Source: Rhizaria sp. SCN 62-66
Taxonomy: Eukaryota
Direction of reading: 5' to 3'
Assembly (NCBI GenBank): GCA_001724265.1
Contig: MEDY01000157.1
Coordinates: forward strand, 1 to 64,000
DNA length: 64,000 nt
Shown here one piece after another: positions 27,001-38,471 of the stretch. The notes below the pieces were generated by a model that was given only the letters and a program-made list of their open reading frames with translations, had not been told where the DNA came from and did not search any database. The first letter of the stretch is position 1. Each line of letters begins with the position of its first letter. Made by a program: the position numbers and the translations under genes.

Positions 27001-30000
27001 CTCGCTCGCCGTCCGCGCCGCGGTCGCGCGCGCCACCGAGCTCACCCCAATCCCCGGCTCGCCCGGCGACGGCAACAGCAGCGGCACGGGCGGCGGCGGC
27101 GGCCGCAGTCCCGGCTGCGGCGGCGACGGCGGCGACGGCGACGACGACGGCCTCGGCGGCGGCAGCGGCGGCGGTGGCGGCGGCGGCAACGCGGGCGAGG
27201 CGGCGGTGCGACGCGAGAAGAACAAGTTCTCGGCGTCGCAGTACCGCAAGCGGCGCAAGGTGTTCGTGGAGCTGCTCGAGGTCAAGGTGGCGGAGCTGGA
27301 GGCCAAGGTGGGCGAGCAGGAGGAGGAGCTGGACGCGGCGCGGCGCCAGCTGCGGGGCGTGACCGCCGAGGCGCGCGCCATGGTCGCGGCCGCTGCGGCC
27401 GTGGGGGTGGACCTCCGGGAGATCACGCGGCAATACTACGTCAAGAACCCGCAGTTGCAGCCGCAGCTTCCTCCGGCGCCGCACAGCAACGCGCAGGCGA
27501 CCCACGGCCACTCTGCTGCTGCTGCTCATGGTCACCCTGGCGCTCACGGCCACGTGTACGCCATGGCGTCTGCCGACAACCCCCGCAGCCAGTCGCTGCT
27601 CAACCCGTTCGCTGACGTGCACGGCCACGGCCACGGCTTCACCCACAGCCACGCTCATGGCCACGCTCACGGTCACGCTCACGGTCACTCTGCTCACGGT
27701 CACTCTGCGCACGGTCCCGGCTATGACGCCTTTCACGCACAGGCGCACTCGAGCGCGCAATCACAATCGCAATCGCCCCAGTCGCATCTGCACTCCCAGT
27801 CGCAGACCTCTGAGTCCGAGTCCGAGTCCGAGGCCCCGTACAGCCGCGTGTCGCACAACAGCGAGCTCTACATGAACGCCGCGCACGCCAAGCCTGCTGC
27901 GCACCACGGACACCATGGCCACGGCCACGGCCACTCTGGCGCCGCACCCGCCCACGGCCACTCGATCCTGCTGTCGGAGCCTTTCCTGCTCTCCCCGATG
28001 CCCGACGCCCTGACTGCGCCGCTCCCGGCCTCCGTCTCGGCGCCCCTGCCGCTGCCCGTGGCAGTGGCCGCGCCCGCCTCGGCCGCGGCGGCGTCGTCGC
28101 TGCCCATCGCTGTCGGCGCCGCCGTCAGCGAGACGACAGGCTGGTCGACGCGTCTGGGTGTGCTTTTCGCGCTCTTTGCGTGCCTCCTCGTCGTCGGGCT
28201 GCCGCTGCCGCTCGACGGCTCCGGCCTGCACAGCTTCAGCAGCAACAGCAACGGCGGCGGCGGTGGCGTCGGCGTCGGCTCGCTGGCGCCGCTCCTCAAG
28301 GGCAAGGGCGGCAAGAGCAAAACCTCAGCGGCTGCCGCGGGCGGCCGCAAGCTGCTGACCACAAGCAGCCCCGTCGGGTTCCTCGGGGGCTTCATGGCCA
28401 CGCCGGTGGTCGCGGTGCCCGGCCTCGACGCCGCTGCGCACGGCCACCCGCACGCGGCGCTCGCGGACAGCGCGGCAGGCGGTCTGATCAAGCAGCCGCT
28501 GCTCACGGTCCCGGACACGCACACGGGCCTTGCTACGGCCAACGCGAACGCGAACGGTGTTATTGACGGCAGTAATGCGATTGTCGACAAGAGCGACGCT
28601 GCCAACGAGCGCGACGACGACGAGGACGACGACGAGGGCGACGACACCGACTTTTTGGGAGCCGCTGCGTCGGACTTCTCTCGCGTCACCGACGAGTTCC
28701 TGAGTGAGTTGGTGCGCGACCTGCGGGCCACGGACATCCTGCCCACCACGGTTTCTTTCTGGTCGAACGACGACGACGTGAACAGCAGCGACAATAGCGA
28801 CGACAAGGCGACTACGAGCTCTTTGAGCACCGACGTCACCGCAACTGCGAATGCCGTTCGCAACGACAAGGAGTCTCTGCCGCTGCCGAAGCTGCTGGCG
28901 CGCCGTTGGGCCCGCTGGCGCCGTCTGCGCGCCTCGCTGCTGACTCGCGTGTCGCACACCGGCGCCCGCGCCACGTCCTTCATCTCCGCCTTTGCGGCCT
29001 CGGCGCTCGCGGGCGGCGTCGCAGACTACCAGTGGTGGGTTACGCGCCTGGGCGCGCCGCTCGCGCTGCCCAGCCTCCTCGTCGCCGTCATCCTCTGCCT
29101 CGTCCTTCTGTCCATCGGGGCCTACTTCCTCTTCCGCATCGCCTACGGCAAGGCCTCCGCGCGCCGGGCCAAGCGCGCAGCGGCGGCGATGGCGGCCGCC
29201 GCGGCCACTGCGGCGGCGGCGGCGGCGGCGGCGGGCGCGGCAGGCGCGGCGGGCGCGGTCAAGGGGGCCGCGGGCGCCGTTGGTGCTGTCGGCGCGGCGG
29301 GCGCAGTGAGTGCGGGCGCGCTCGTGCGCTCGCTGTCGCAGATGAACCTGCAGCAGCAACTGCAGCAGCTGCAGCTTGCCGATGCTGAGACGCAGACCGA
29401 GCCCGAGACTGGGGCGGACTCGCAGTCGGACGCTGACTCTGCGCTGTCACAGTCGCAGTCGGAGTCGCAGCTTCTGTGCACGAACAAGCTTCCTCTTTCT
29501 AAGGAGACTGTGATCGTCAAGAGCGAGAGTGGGGCCACAACCACAACTGCACCTGTTACTGTCGAAGCGACTGCTGACAACGCCTGCCGCATTGAGCGGA
29601 GCGACAGTGACCTCAGCAGCACTCGCAGTCTGAGCCAGAGCCAGAGCCACAGCCATAGCGGCAGCGCAAGCGTGAGCGGCGACTACGACAGCGACGGCGA
29701 CTTTTACGACGACTACGATGACGACGACGACGAGGACGCGTATGATGATGATGACAGCAGCAGCGGCCACGAGGATGAGACGAACGGCTACGGGACGCTT
29801 AACATCAGTAGTAACCGACGCGTCAGCCGCGTTGTCGATTTCAACAACACCAGCGGCAGTGACGATGATGCGCGCCCCAACGCGCGCGCTGGGACGGCTG
29901 GAGCATACTCGGTGTGGGGAGTCCCGACAACTACGCAGGCCCAAAGGCTGCGCGCAGGGTCACCGGTGCCAGTTCTGAGCCTTGATAGCGCACCTACCGA

Positions 30001-30079
30001 CACCGCTGACAACAACACGTTCCAACATCCGTTTGATTTCAGCACGACTGCGACTGAGACCGACGGCGATTCTGAGTAA
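24071..30079 (+). CDS. Membrane-anchored bZIP transcription factor, 2002 aa, intronless
   Basis: Basic region and zipper RREKNKFSASQYRKRRKVFVELLEVKVAELEAKV at ~27209-27360; hydrophobic segments at ~28154-28213 and ~29066-29134; RKLL at 28346-28357; polyQ and His-rich tracts. Stop TAA. Confidence 0.85.
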   Translation: MDTFPQHFPPLGADWGTDPSGPRANLTYGAASAALAADGSPILTATPQQAPTDGLAPGGLDFGFSTHGNGLGWSNFGPELPPTMPYSATQQHCGAGTGYGVSSASISGPTGVSSYANSKPGQSAHSVMPFPVAAATAAPSATSAAQDAVSPPQYSRAGSNLSQNSSNTNTAGSHANVTAAAAGAGASASFVPPSPDAAVDRVPLAHNSNTPRNTAAAHAVTAESPVETVHAPAAAAAAATAPATANAAVAHHNDSAAAAAAAAPVSKRPRRAAATGAAAAAASAAVGIRATASSKAKEKALQAELHAMLAQQTVQCHQGFFQRMTHDVGQYVNNGNNASGNGNGSNTSGNSATGGSTAEYNTATTADGSVNDGGHAHGNAAASAGAAATPVIGSSSLAKGRGRGVAATTAAATAAAANANAGSAAAAAPGAAAVTPAGPNASASGKGGKGSSSGSGVKRTLAQANNGHNAANGTAGSCSGANHSHPAATHSHAHAALAAAAVAAAANATAHGHGHGHMNGGSGVNATNAYGYSSGHAVASGSQNPALDYDANPAEDDLVISCSSSPLPSLSHTTSGTGTTGAHCHSAAHGHSAPHGHHAHGRFIDFHSHNGNNGHGFLHPQQQQQQQQQQQYPSFVTETNDAHFKPLDMFYRHDNANVSNNSNSIFRHDSNNYNSYHIKQQQQQQPHHAAAASSFILPKIETDAAPYTAPGTYMDDGNGPATYMRHSSGAAAADVKPESASSPSVASSLSIPALPNATLSGLNGGGSGAMLLPTPATVSPAPAPAPVPVPVSVPAVAAVHGHAAAHGHIPSTADSLSASASVSGASISGASSPNTLASSRSSVSSTLPSTNTTVSVGPTHGAAHHAMSLNNNNAAAAAAAAASAASMPYYPSYIFPNISVSNGNPPLPASASAISSHGHSQSYNHPAMSPNGAAAASSASSASASAAAAAATAAVSVATVTATGTTRCPRLSALVASSLAVRAAVARATELTPIPGSPGDGNSSGTGGGGGRSPGCGGDGGDGDDDGLGGGSGGGGGGGNAGEAAVRREKNKFSASQYRKRRKVFVELLEVKVAELEAKVGEQEEELDAARRQLRGVTAEARAMVAAAAAVGVDLREITRQYYVKNPQLQPQLPPAPHSNAQATHGHSAAAAHGHPGAHGHVYAMASADNPRSQSLLNPFADVHGHGHGFTHSHAHGHAHGHAHGHSAHGHSAHGPGYDAFHAQAHSSAQSQSQSPQSHLHSQSQTSESESESEAPYSRVSHNSELYMNAAHAKPAAHHGHHGHGHGHSGAAPAHGHSILLSEPFLLSPMPDALTAPLPASVSAPLPLPVAVAAPASAAAASSLPIAVGAAVSETTGWSTRLGVLFALFACLLVVGLPLPLDGSGLHSFSSNSNGGGGGVGVGSLAPLLKGKGGKSKTSAAAAGGRKLLTTSSPVGFLGGFMATPVVAVPGLDAAAHGHPHAALADSAAGGLIKQPLLTVPDTHTGLATANANANGVIDGSNAIVDKSDAANERDDDEDDDEGDDTDFLGAAASDFSRVTDEFLSELVRDLRATDILPTTVSFWSNDDDVNSSDNSDDKATTSSLSTDVTATANAVRNDKESLPLPKLLARRWARWRRLRASLLTRVSHTGARATSFISAFAASALAGGVADYQWWVTRLGAPLALPSLLVAVILCLVLLSIGAYFLFRIAYGKASARRAKRAAAAMAAAAATAAAAAAAAGAAGAAGAVKGAAGAVGAVGAAGAVSAGALVRSLSQMNLQQQLQQLQLADAETQTEPETGADSQSDADSALSQSQSESQLLCTNKLPLSKETVIVKSESGATTTTAPVTVEATADNACRIERSDSDLSSTRSLSQSQSHSHSGSASVSGDYDSDGDFYDDYDDDDDEDAYDDDDSSSGHEDETNGYGTLNISSNRRVSRVVDFNNTSGSDDDARPNARAGTAGAYSVWGVPTTTQAQRLRAGSPVPVLSLDSAPTDTADNNTFQHPFDFSTTATETDGDSE

Positions 30080-30633
30080 TGACCTCAATACTTCCGGAGG
30101 GAGAACAAATACTTTCGCAGGGAGTACAAATATTTCAACTCGTATCGTCTTTTAGTTTTATTTAGTTTCAATTTCTTTTATTCCGTTATGCGACTCATAT
30201 ATTGCGCAGCCGAAGGAATATCATTTGAGGTTTTTATTTTGAGGTTCTTATTTCAACTATTATAGGTTTGCGATTGCGCATTTGCAATCGCGTCTCGCAC
30301 AATATTTTACAAATACAATCTCATTATTTTACAACTGATCAACAGCTTCCTGTGCGATTATTTTCTTTGTTTCTCCGGTGTGACAAGTCCGTTTTGCGAG
30401 CCTGGGTGCAAATTGCTCGAATAAAATACAATCTTTCATCAGCACTTTTATCGTTACATGTACTTCACAAGAATTGCACAAGAAATTCTGTATTGGGGTC
30501 TATATATTCGAGAATTGATGGCGACAGCAGAACAATCAAGTTGATGTTCAAAAGCAATGGCGTGCTCGAACGAACACAAACACGTGCGTAATTTTGTTCA
30601 CCAGGGTTCACCTATTATAGCATAACATGAGCA

Positions 30634-33600
30634 TTAGTAGTCGTCTCCGTCAAACTCCAGTTGGTCACCTAATCGCGCCTGCTCTAACGCGTCGATATCA
30701 GGCCTATTGACATAAAACGCCGCCGTCGCCGCCGCAGCAGCTTGTTGCCTTTGGTGCTCCGACAGCTTCTGCACCCCTGTCTGTGACTGAAGCTGCGTCT
30801 GCGTCTGCGTCGTCTGTGGCTGCAACTGCGGCTGCTGGTTCGGCCGCTGCTGAGCATCGGTGTTCGCGCGACTGTTGTCCGTCACAGCGTTGCTCGGCTT
30901 AATGCCCATCGCGCCAGTCTGCGCCGGATTATCCACATCCACTGCACTTACGTTCAGCGGCTCCGTACTTACGTAGCCTGCCAGCTCGCCCCAGAACCCC
31001 TTAGACTCGACCAGCCGGTCACGGACTGCGCGGCCCACGAACGGAGCCGTGTAAGTGGTGTAAGTGCCCGTGCCAACAGGGACAGGGGCTTGCTGCGCTG
31101 CAGAGTGTTGAAGAGGCTGCTGCTGTTGTTGTTGTTGATGCTGCGGATACTGTTGTGAAAGAGCGCAGGGAAGTTGGCAGGAGCGGCTGTACGCGCCTGC
31201 TTGCGGTGGATTCCAAGCGCGGTTAAACAAACAAGTCAACTCGCTGCCGCGAGCAGAAGTTAAGCCGCTTCCGGGGCCTCCTCGCATGTTGTTATTGTTG
31301 TGAAAGCTTGACACAGAGCTGTAGCTCGCATTGCTGCCGCCGATAGCGCTGCCGGCGCCAAACACAAAGGCCTGCATGGCTACCGATAAGGCCGGAAGGG
31401 CGGGACACAGAGACTTGGGCAACAACGCCGGTGACAACGTGTGCGAACTTGACTGAGGTGGCGACTGCAGAGGTCTATTGGCAGTAAAGCTGGCTGCGTT
31501 GGAATTGTTCATTGCGGGCATTGCGAGACATTTCTTCAGGTCCCATTGGTACTGGTACTGGCCGTGAGCTGGAGAGCTCGGGTGACCGTGGGTAGGAGAG
31601 GCGCCGTTGCTCGGAGCCATAGCGTTACTAGGAGGTGGAGGAGCGAGGCATGCGGACACTGGAGGCGGCGCCGGCGGCCAGTGTGACAGCAGCAGCCACT
31701 GGGCCGGACTGAGTAGGGACCAGAAGCTCAGGCCGCCGCCGCCGCCGCCGCCGCCACCGCCGCCGCCGTTGCTTATTGCCCCCACGGGCCCCGCCGCCGC
31801 CGGAGAGCTGGGGCCAGAATTAGAGATATAGCCAAAGCTGGAGCTAGAGCTAGAGCTCGCTGTCGCAGCCGCGCTCACGGTGCTTGCCTCTTGCTGCTGC
31901 TGCTTGAGATGCAGCAGCGCACGGCCGCGCGCAATAGCAGACAGCATCGGCACAACAACGATAGTCCGCTCTTTGCTGCTGCCCAGCACGACAAGCCCGG
32001 CCGCACCCGCCCCTGCCCCCGCTGCAGCAGTCGCCGCGGCCGCAGTGGCTTCTGCGGCCTCCGCAGCGCGCGCCGCGGCCGCAGCGGCAGCCGCGCGCGT
32101 CTCGGCCGTCTTGGTCAGCGCCGCGATGTTTGCACTCTCACTCGCGCTCGCACTCGTAATCGCAGTACCCGTGTTAACATTGTTGTCGCTGTTGGCGGTG
32201 GCGGCAGCAGCAGCAGAGGCGGCTTCCAGCGCGGTGGCCGCTTTCGCCGCGGTTTTGCCCAGCGCGTTGGCCCTGCTGCGGGCAGTCACCGCGGCGTCCG
32301 CGGCCGCCCGCGCCGCCGCCGTAGCCGTCTGCTGGCAGCGGCCGTGGTAGGCCGCGTTGGCGACGAAGCACGCCGTGAGAGCGGTGGCGCGCGCGGCGGC
32401 GGAGGCGGCTGCGTGGTGGCACAGCGGGCCCGTGATCAGCGATGTGCCGCCCGAGCTAGAGCCAGAGCTTGCGCCGGAGCTGAAGCCGGAGCCAGAGAGA
32501 GAGCCAGTGCTACTGATGCGGCTGTTGACAGATGTACTCGTACTAGGACGCAGATTAGCACTTGTGTTTATCATGCGACTAGGGGTGTCGCTTGTTGTAA
32601 GTGCTATTGTGCCCAAGTTATCGCGATTGACAGATGTTTTATCGGTTGTCGTGAGATGTGGCTTAGCTTTGCTTGAAGAGTCGTAACGAATGTGGGCAGA
32701 GTCAGTCAGACTGTGTCCATACTCAGCGCCAGCATCCTCATCCTTATCGCCATCGTCGTCGTCGTCGCCGTCGTCATCGCTACTCCATTCGTTCCTGTCC
32801 GCGCCACTTAGTCCCCCCGTGTACGTACCCCTGCAGTCTAAGGGTTCCCAGTCGTTGAGCGCGCGCGCGAGCACCACGGCGCGTGCCGCGACGGCGCCGC
32901 AGTAACTGCCCACGCCCACGGCGACGCCGCCAAGCCCCGCGCCTCCCGCGCCCGCGCCTGCGCCTGCAACGGTGTTTCCTTCCAAGCCAGATCCAGAGCT
33001 GGTAGCGTTGCTGAGCGTCTGTTCTTCGGTAAACGAGGCGTCGCCCGCACCACCGCCGCCGCCGCCGCCGCTGCCTGTGGCGGCGCGGTCGAGGCGTGCG
33101 CCGTCCGCGAGGACCTGGGCTAGCGAGAGAGACTCGGCTGCGGCGGCGAGCGCGTCAAGAACGGAGAGCTGCGACACCTCCAGTTCCTGCGCCCTCTCCA
33201 GGTCAATCATATCACGGTGCAATCGCCCTTCGAGTTGGTACAGCAGAGACGGGTCCGAGTTCGAGTCTAAGTGGATCTGCGAGCCGCCATCTAAGCGGCG
33301 GCGTGAGTCTAAGTAGCGAGCTCCTGTTAGAGCACCCAGAGGCTTCTTCGGCGCACCCGCGGCGCTAAAGCAGTTCAGACTGGTGTCGTTGTCCACGCAC
33401 AGCGGTACTTGCGTCTTTAAGTTAGGCCGCGCGTAGCCCCGCCACTTGTTGTACCTCAGCCCGCCGCCGCCGCCACTGACACTTAGGTTCGATGTAAGGG
33501 GCAGGTAGTTGCCGTGGAGCCAGGCCACCGCGACGGCCGCGTCCAGGTCGGCGGCGGTGAGCGCGGCCTCAATCGCGGTGCCGCCTAGTCGCACGCCGGC

Positions 33601-35226
33601 CGCGGCCGAGGCGGCGGCGAGCTCTGTGTGCCGACAAGAAAAGGGAGGACAAGAGATAGGATAAGATAAGCATAAAATGCATTGAAACAATGTAGATAAA
33701 TACAAAAAAGAATATAGTTCTAGTTCGAAATACTGCACTTTTGATGATTGATACTGTTGTTATCGTTGTTGATGTGATTATTTAGTGTGGTGATCGTGAT
33801 CGTACCTGTAGCTGACACGGTCGGTGTCTTCGAATCACGCACTGCCGCAGCTGCAGCGGCGGCAGCAGCTTTCGCTTTGCTTGCTTTTGCTGTCGCAGCC
33901 TTTGTAGTGACAGTGGTTATTGGCTTTGCCGCTGGAATTATGCAGCCTAAGGGTGGCAGCGAGTAGCGACTAAGTAGCTTCACTCCGGACGCTGACGCAG
34001 CGACCGCAGCCGCGGCATTAACATCATCGTCCGCGCTCTCACTCGCGTTCTGCGGCGTCGATGTAAGTAGGCGGCTTGATCGTGTAAGGGCCTTGGCGCA
34101 GCTCAGCGCCCGCTGCCACTGCCGCAGCCGGTCGACTTGCGTGACGGCAACGGGCTCAACTGCAATCGCCGCGGCAGCGGCGGCAGCAACCTTGGCTTTG
34201 GCATACGCACGACTACTCGCAGTGCCATGGCTCGAGCGATTCGTAACACGTCGGCGACACATGCTGGTGCTTTGACCGCGCGTCGTCTCGGTGCAAATAG
34301 CGCTGTTGTCGTCCCCAGCGGCGCCGCTCGCAGCGTCGATCGGCGGCGGCTTTGGGAACAACAGTTTGCCGAGCCCGTGGAAGCTGGACAGCTTGTCGTC
34401 AGCCGTCGTTGCGCCGCGTGGCAGCTCCAGCGTCGGCGTGTCTCGCTGCCGCAGCAGTAGCACAGCGCGCTGTGCGGACGCGGCCGACGCCGGCAGCGAG
34501 GGGGGCTGTGGGCCTGCTGACTGCGAGCGGGGCGACTGCGACTGCAAGCGGGGCAACTGTGACAGCAAAGAATTCGTCGTGGCCCCGGTCCCAGCTGCTG
34601 CGGCAGCGGCGCCGTCTTTAGCCACGATTGCCTTCGCGCAGTCGCTTTGGTGCGCTATCAGGGGAATCAGAGCGTATTCGAGCTGCGTGATGCCGGCCCT
34701 GAGGTCGCCGCCGCAGGCCTCAGCGGCGGCAGTCAGCAGCGCTAGCCACGAGTCCTCACTCAGCCACAGACGCACGCACGCGCCGCTCGGAGTGTGGCTC
34801 GAAGCAGAGTCCCCACTTGCATCGGTGGAGTCGGTGGCGTCACAGCTGCTTGAGGTGGTGGTGGTCGCGTTGCTGGTCTTCGCCTTTGCGCCTTTAGCTT
34901 TGCTTTTACTGTTCGTCGCAGGGTTATTGTTCATGCTTAAGTCGTAGTCGTGGTTCAGTGCAAGTAGGTACTTAGTCACGATTTCGAGCGCGGCACTTAC
35001 ACCTGGAGGCTTGCGGCCTTGAATCCCCGCGCCCAAAGTTACGCCGCTCCCGTAAGAGCCTGTGCCCACAGTCAGTAGCCGTTTCATTGATTCGCTGAGA
35101 TGGCTTGAAGAGTGCGAAGACCCACCCTTAGACGTGTGAGCGCCCTTTAGACCCCCAAGACTAACCGTGCTCTTGCTCTTGCTGCCGCTCTTGATGCGAT
35201 ACTCTACCTCTGACTCGATATCAGCT

Positions 35227-35258
<32 letters not shown>

Positions 35259-37853
35259 CGCTGCTACAGTTTGCGCCTCCGCTGCAGCCGCAGCCACAGC
35301 AACAGCCTCCGCCGCCGCGACCGCCGCCGACGCTTTGATAAAGTCCTCATTGGACATCGGCATAACCCCTTTGCTGACCAACACCTTCGCCAACGCGGGC
35401 AAAGCGTAGCTCGCAGCGACGGCGTTGAGGTGCAGCAGCTTGATGTCGGGGCAGGCCTTAAGCGCTGCCAACGCGCCCGCTCCGGTGCTGTAAGGGGCGG
35501 CTAAGGGGTTCGAGCATTGTAAGTACCTCGGCGCGCCGTAAGTGGCCTCGTCCTCGGCCCCGGCCTCGCTCACCGTCGTGAGTGTAAGTACCACAGGTGT
35601 AAGGGTCCGGGCAGCGACTGCGAGCAGCGCGCGCCAGAACAGCCCCATTTGTAAGGGGTCTAGCGTCGACACAGGTGGGTCGTGGATGACGACTAAGGGG
35701 GCGCTTACACTATGTAAGGGCGACGGTGTTGTTACACCGCTCAATGAGGGCGTGTTTGGACTACCCATATTGCTACCCATACTGCTGCCCATAATGGCCA
35801 GCCTCTTAGCGCTGTTGCTGCTGATTCCAGTAGTCGCGGCAGTCGCGGAAGCCGCAGTAGACATGGCCATCATAGTGGTTGCGGTGCTGAGCTGCTGCGC
35901 AGCTGCGGCTTTGACACACGTTTGCGTCATAAAGCTGGTGAATTTCGCGAGCGGAAACGAAGCAGCTGCAGCGCCGGCCGGCGGCAGCAGTGCGTGCGCA
36001 CCTTTGTTGTACATGTTCATCGACGCACTCAGTGCGCCGGCGCTAAGGCTCGCGCTCATGCTGCTGTCGCCGCCGCCGCCGCCGCCGCTGCCGGTATCGA
36101 GCGAGCCCGAGACTTGGCCTGGGGCCTCGAGCAGGTTAAGCCGCATGCGCTGCGCAATTTCGGCCACCGCGGCCGTTTTGCCGCAGCCGGCGGGGCCAGT
36201 GAGCACCAAAACGACGGGAACGCGCGGGCCCGCGCGCGCGGACGCGTGGCTGTGGGCTGACAGGGCCACGTGACTGTGAGCAGCAGGAGTACCGCCGAGA
36301 CTGTTGCTGCTGCTGGAAACACCGGGAGCAGCACCTAAGCAAAGCCGCGACAATGCCGAGCGTAGCCAGTGCTCGATCTCATCGAGCTTCTTCTGGTGCA
36401 AAGTTAGGCCGCCCGGGGGAAGTTGATCGTCAGCCCACATACTGTGCGACAGCAAAGGCGGGGGTGGCTTAACAAAGTGCAAGTACCCCTCCCGAGACTG
36501 CTGCTCTTGCGTCCACTGAGCGCTTGTGTGGCCCTTAAATGCTGTTGACCGTGGGCAGCCCTGTTGGTGTAAGTATGGTTGCGAGTGTAAGGGCAGCAGC
36601 GCAGAAGGAAGCCTGCCGTCTAAGGGGGGCTGTTGAGACATCGACGTAAGTACGTCGGCAAACTTTGCTGCTGATGTAAGTGCCTCTTGCGTCGCTGTGG
36701 CTTCATCAGTCGACTGAGACTCTGACTGCGTCTGGGGCTGAGGCTGAGGCTGAGACTGAGACTGAGGAAGCTGGGGCGGGGGCCGCCTCTGAGCAGTGTG
36801 CACTTGACGTTGTTGGTGCTGGTGCTGCAGCTGCCATTCAAGCTTGACAGGAGCAGCAGCAGCCCGTGCATTTGAATGCTTATCGCTGTCCTCGTCATGG
36901 TCGCTGTCATTACCGACATCATCGCTGTCACCGTCGCTGTCGCTACCGAGATTGACAAAGCCCTCGCTATCACTCTCGTACTGGCTGCCGACCTTCGCGC
37001 TGATGCCACGCCGACTGCGAGCGCGCCCTGCGTTGCTGCTGGTGTTGAGATTGACTGCATTTTCACTTATCGTGCCATCGGCACCATCGCTGTCACTGTC
37101 GTCAGCAAGCACACGTGCGTTGCGACTCCGCCGCTGCGAATGCTGCTTCTGCTGGTGCCGCTGCTGCTGCTGTTGCTGCTGCTACGCGGCCGGCGACTGT
37201 GCATGAAATGAGTTGGTTGCTGAGGAGTAAGCGCTGCCACTGCCTGCTGCAGTGTCGCCGCTTCTGTTTGCAGACCCCGTTGCTGACGGGACTTCAGCTG
37301 CAGCCGCGGACGGCGGCGACAGAGGCCGCTTGCGTGGGTTGACGCAGCTTGCACTCGCGGGACTGCATGAAACCAATGTAGAGCCAGGGCCAACGACAGA
37401 GGCAGAGGCAGTCGGATGCATTGCCCGTGATTGCGCCAGCGCTTGCTGTGACGGCATCGGTGGCTCCACTGGTCCGTACAGCTGCCGCTGCTGCTGCTGC
37501 TGCTGCTGTGCTTGTCCAAGCACTGCTGCTGAGGCTGTACTTGGTGACGTCTCGCGCTCGTCGTTGAGATGCGGCCGAGGTGGGAACATTTCGAACGAGA
37601 AATGCGCTGACTATGCGGATTCGGACCCAAATAACAAAGCCGGCGCAGCAGTCGTGTCTTCAGCCCCCATGGCGCCGCCGAAGTCCTCGCTCGAGTTGGC
37701 GGCCTCGCTGTCGCTGTTGGTGGTGGTGGCCACGACTCCTGCGTTCGAGGCGGAGGGCGAGCGGCAGTCAGACTCGGAGTCGGAAATGATGATAACGTCC
37801 GAGTCAGAGTCTGCAACGTGAGCGGGCTACACCCTGTGGGCGTGTGTCGCCAT
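30634..37853 (-). CDS. RAD17: Checkpoint clamp loader RAD17/Rad24, ~2345 aa, 2 exons, 3 in-frame TAG codons
   Basis: Exons 37853-33806 and 33623-30634 (intron GTACGA...CAG). LTLHQKKLDEIEHWL, Walker A LTGPAGCGKT, GDLRAGITQLEY, FHGLGKLLFPK. The 5-prime frame continues through TAG 37182-37184, 37611-37613 and 37827-37829. Exact start uncertain. Stop TAA. Confidence 0.85.
37182..37184 (-). other. Recoded TAG (probably Gln) heading a polyglutamine run
   Basis: GCG TAG CAG CAG CAA CAG CAG CAG CAG CGG on the minus strand. Confidence 0.85.
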
Positions 37854-38471
37854 CGAAGGCGCGGTGACGCAAGGGCGTTTTGTCTATGGGCGCAGCGGCG
37901 AGGCGCGGAGGAGATGAAGGTGGCTGGAAATGGACTGCTAACGGATAGAACAAGGTAGGGCTACAGAATAGACAGAGATGGAGATCTTGATATTAGTGAA
38001 ATGGAATTGAAGACAAAATACACTTTAATGTCCCGGGTGAACTATTATAGAGCGTGCTGACGATCAAGGTGTGATGATTCAAAGGGTTTTTGAAGGTCCC
38101 TATTCGCCATCATCACGCGGGCAACGCAACTGCTTGAGCCCACAAACTCATGTTTTGGTTATCAGCGCAGTTAACTTAAACGCAATTTTGTTTTAGTTCA
38201 AGTATGATATATGAAAAATAAAGATTCGTAAAGTTTCAAGTGTATTACGCCAAATATGCTGATTTCTATGGTGATATTCATAGTGAAAAAAAACGCTTTG
38301 GCCACTCGAACCTGGCCACGACAGGATTTTAACGAACGTATCCAATACGTGTCTCAAGTCAACCTTCATTTGCAAGCTACCACGCACACACACCACATTT
38401 AGGGAGCCCTGTTGTGGTGTGCAATGCGCATCTTACGATTGTTCATGGCGTAGAGAGATAACGTTATGAAC

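Noticed and set aside
33720-33722. TAG ending track ORF 33720-37112 (likewise at 4285, 38932, 39229 and 54128)
   Set aside because: All lie inside inferred introns or are the acceptor TAG itself, so they are neither termini nor recoded codons.
37884-37886. A further in-frame TAG upstream of RAD17 ATG 37853
   Set aside because: It lies 5-prime of the first supportable ATG and may be UTR, so it was not counted among the 11.
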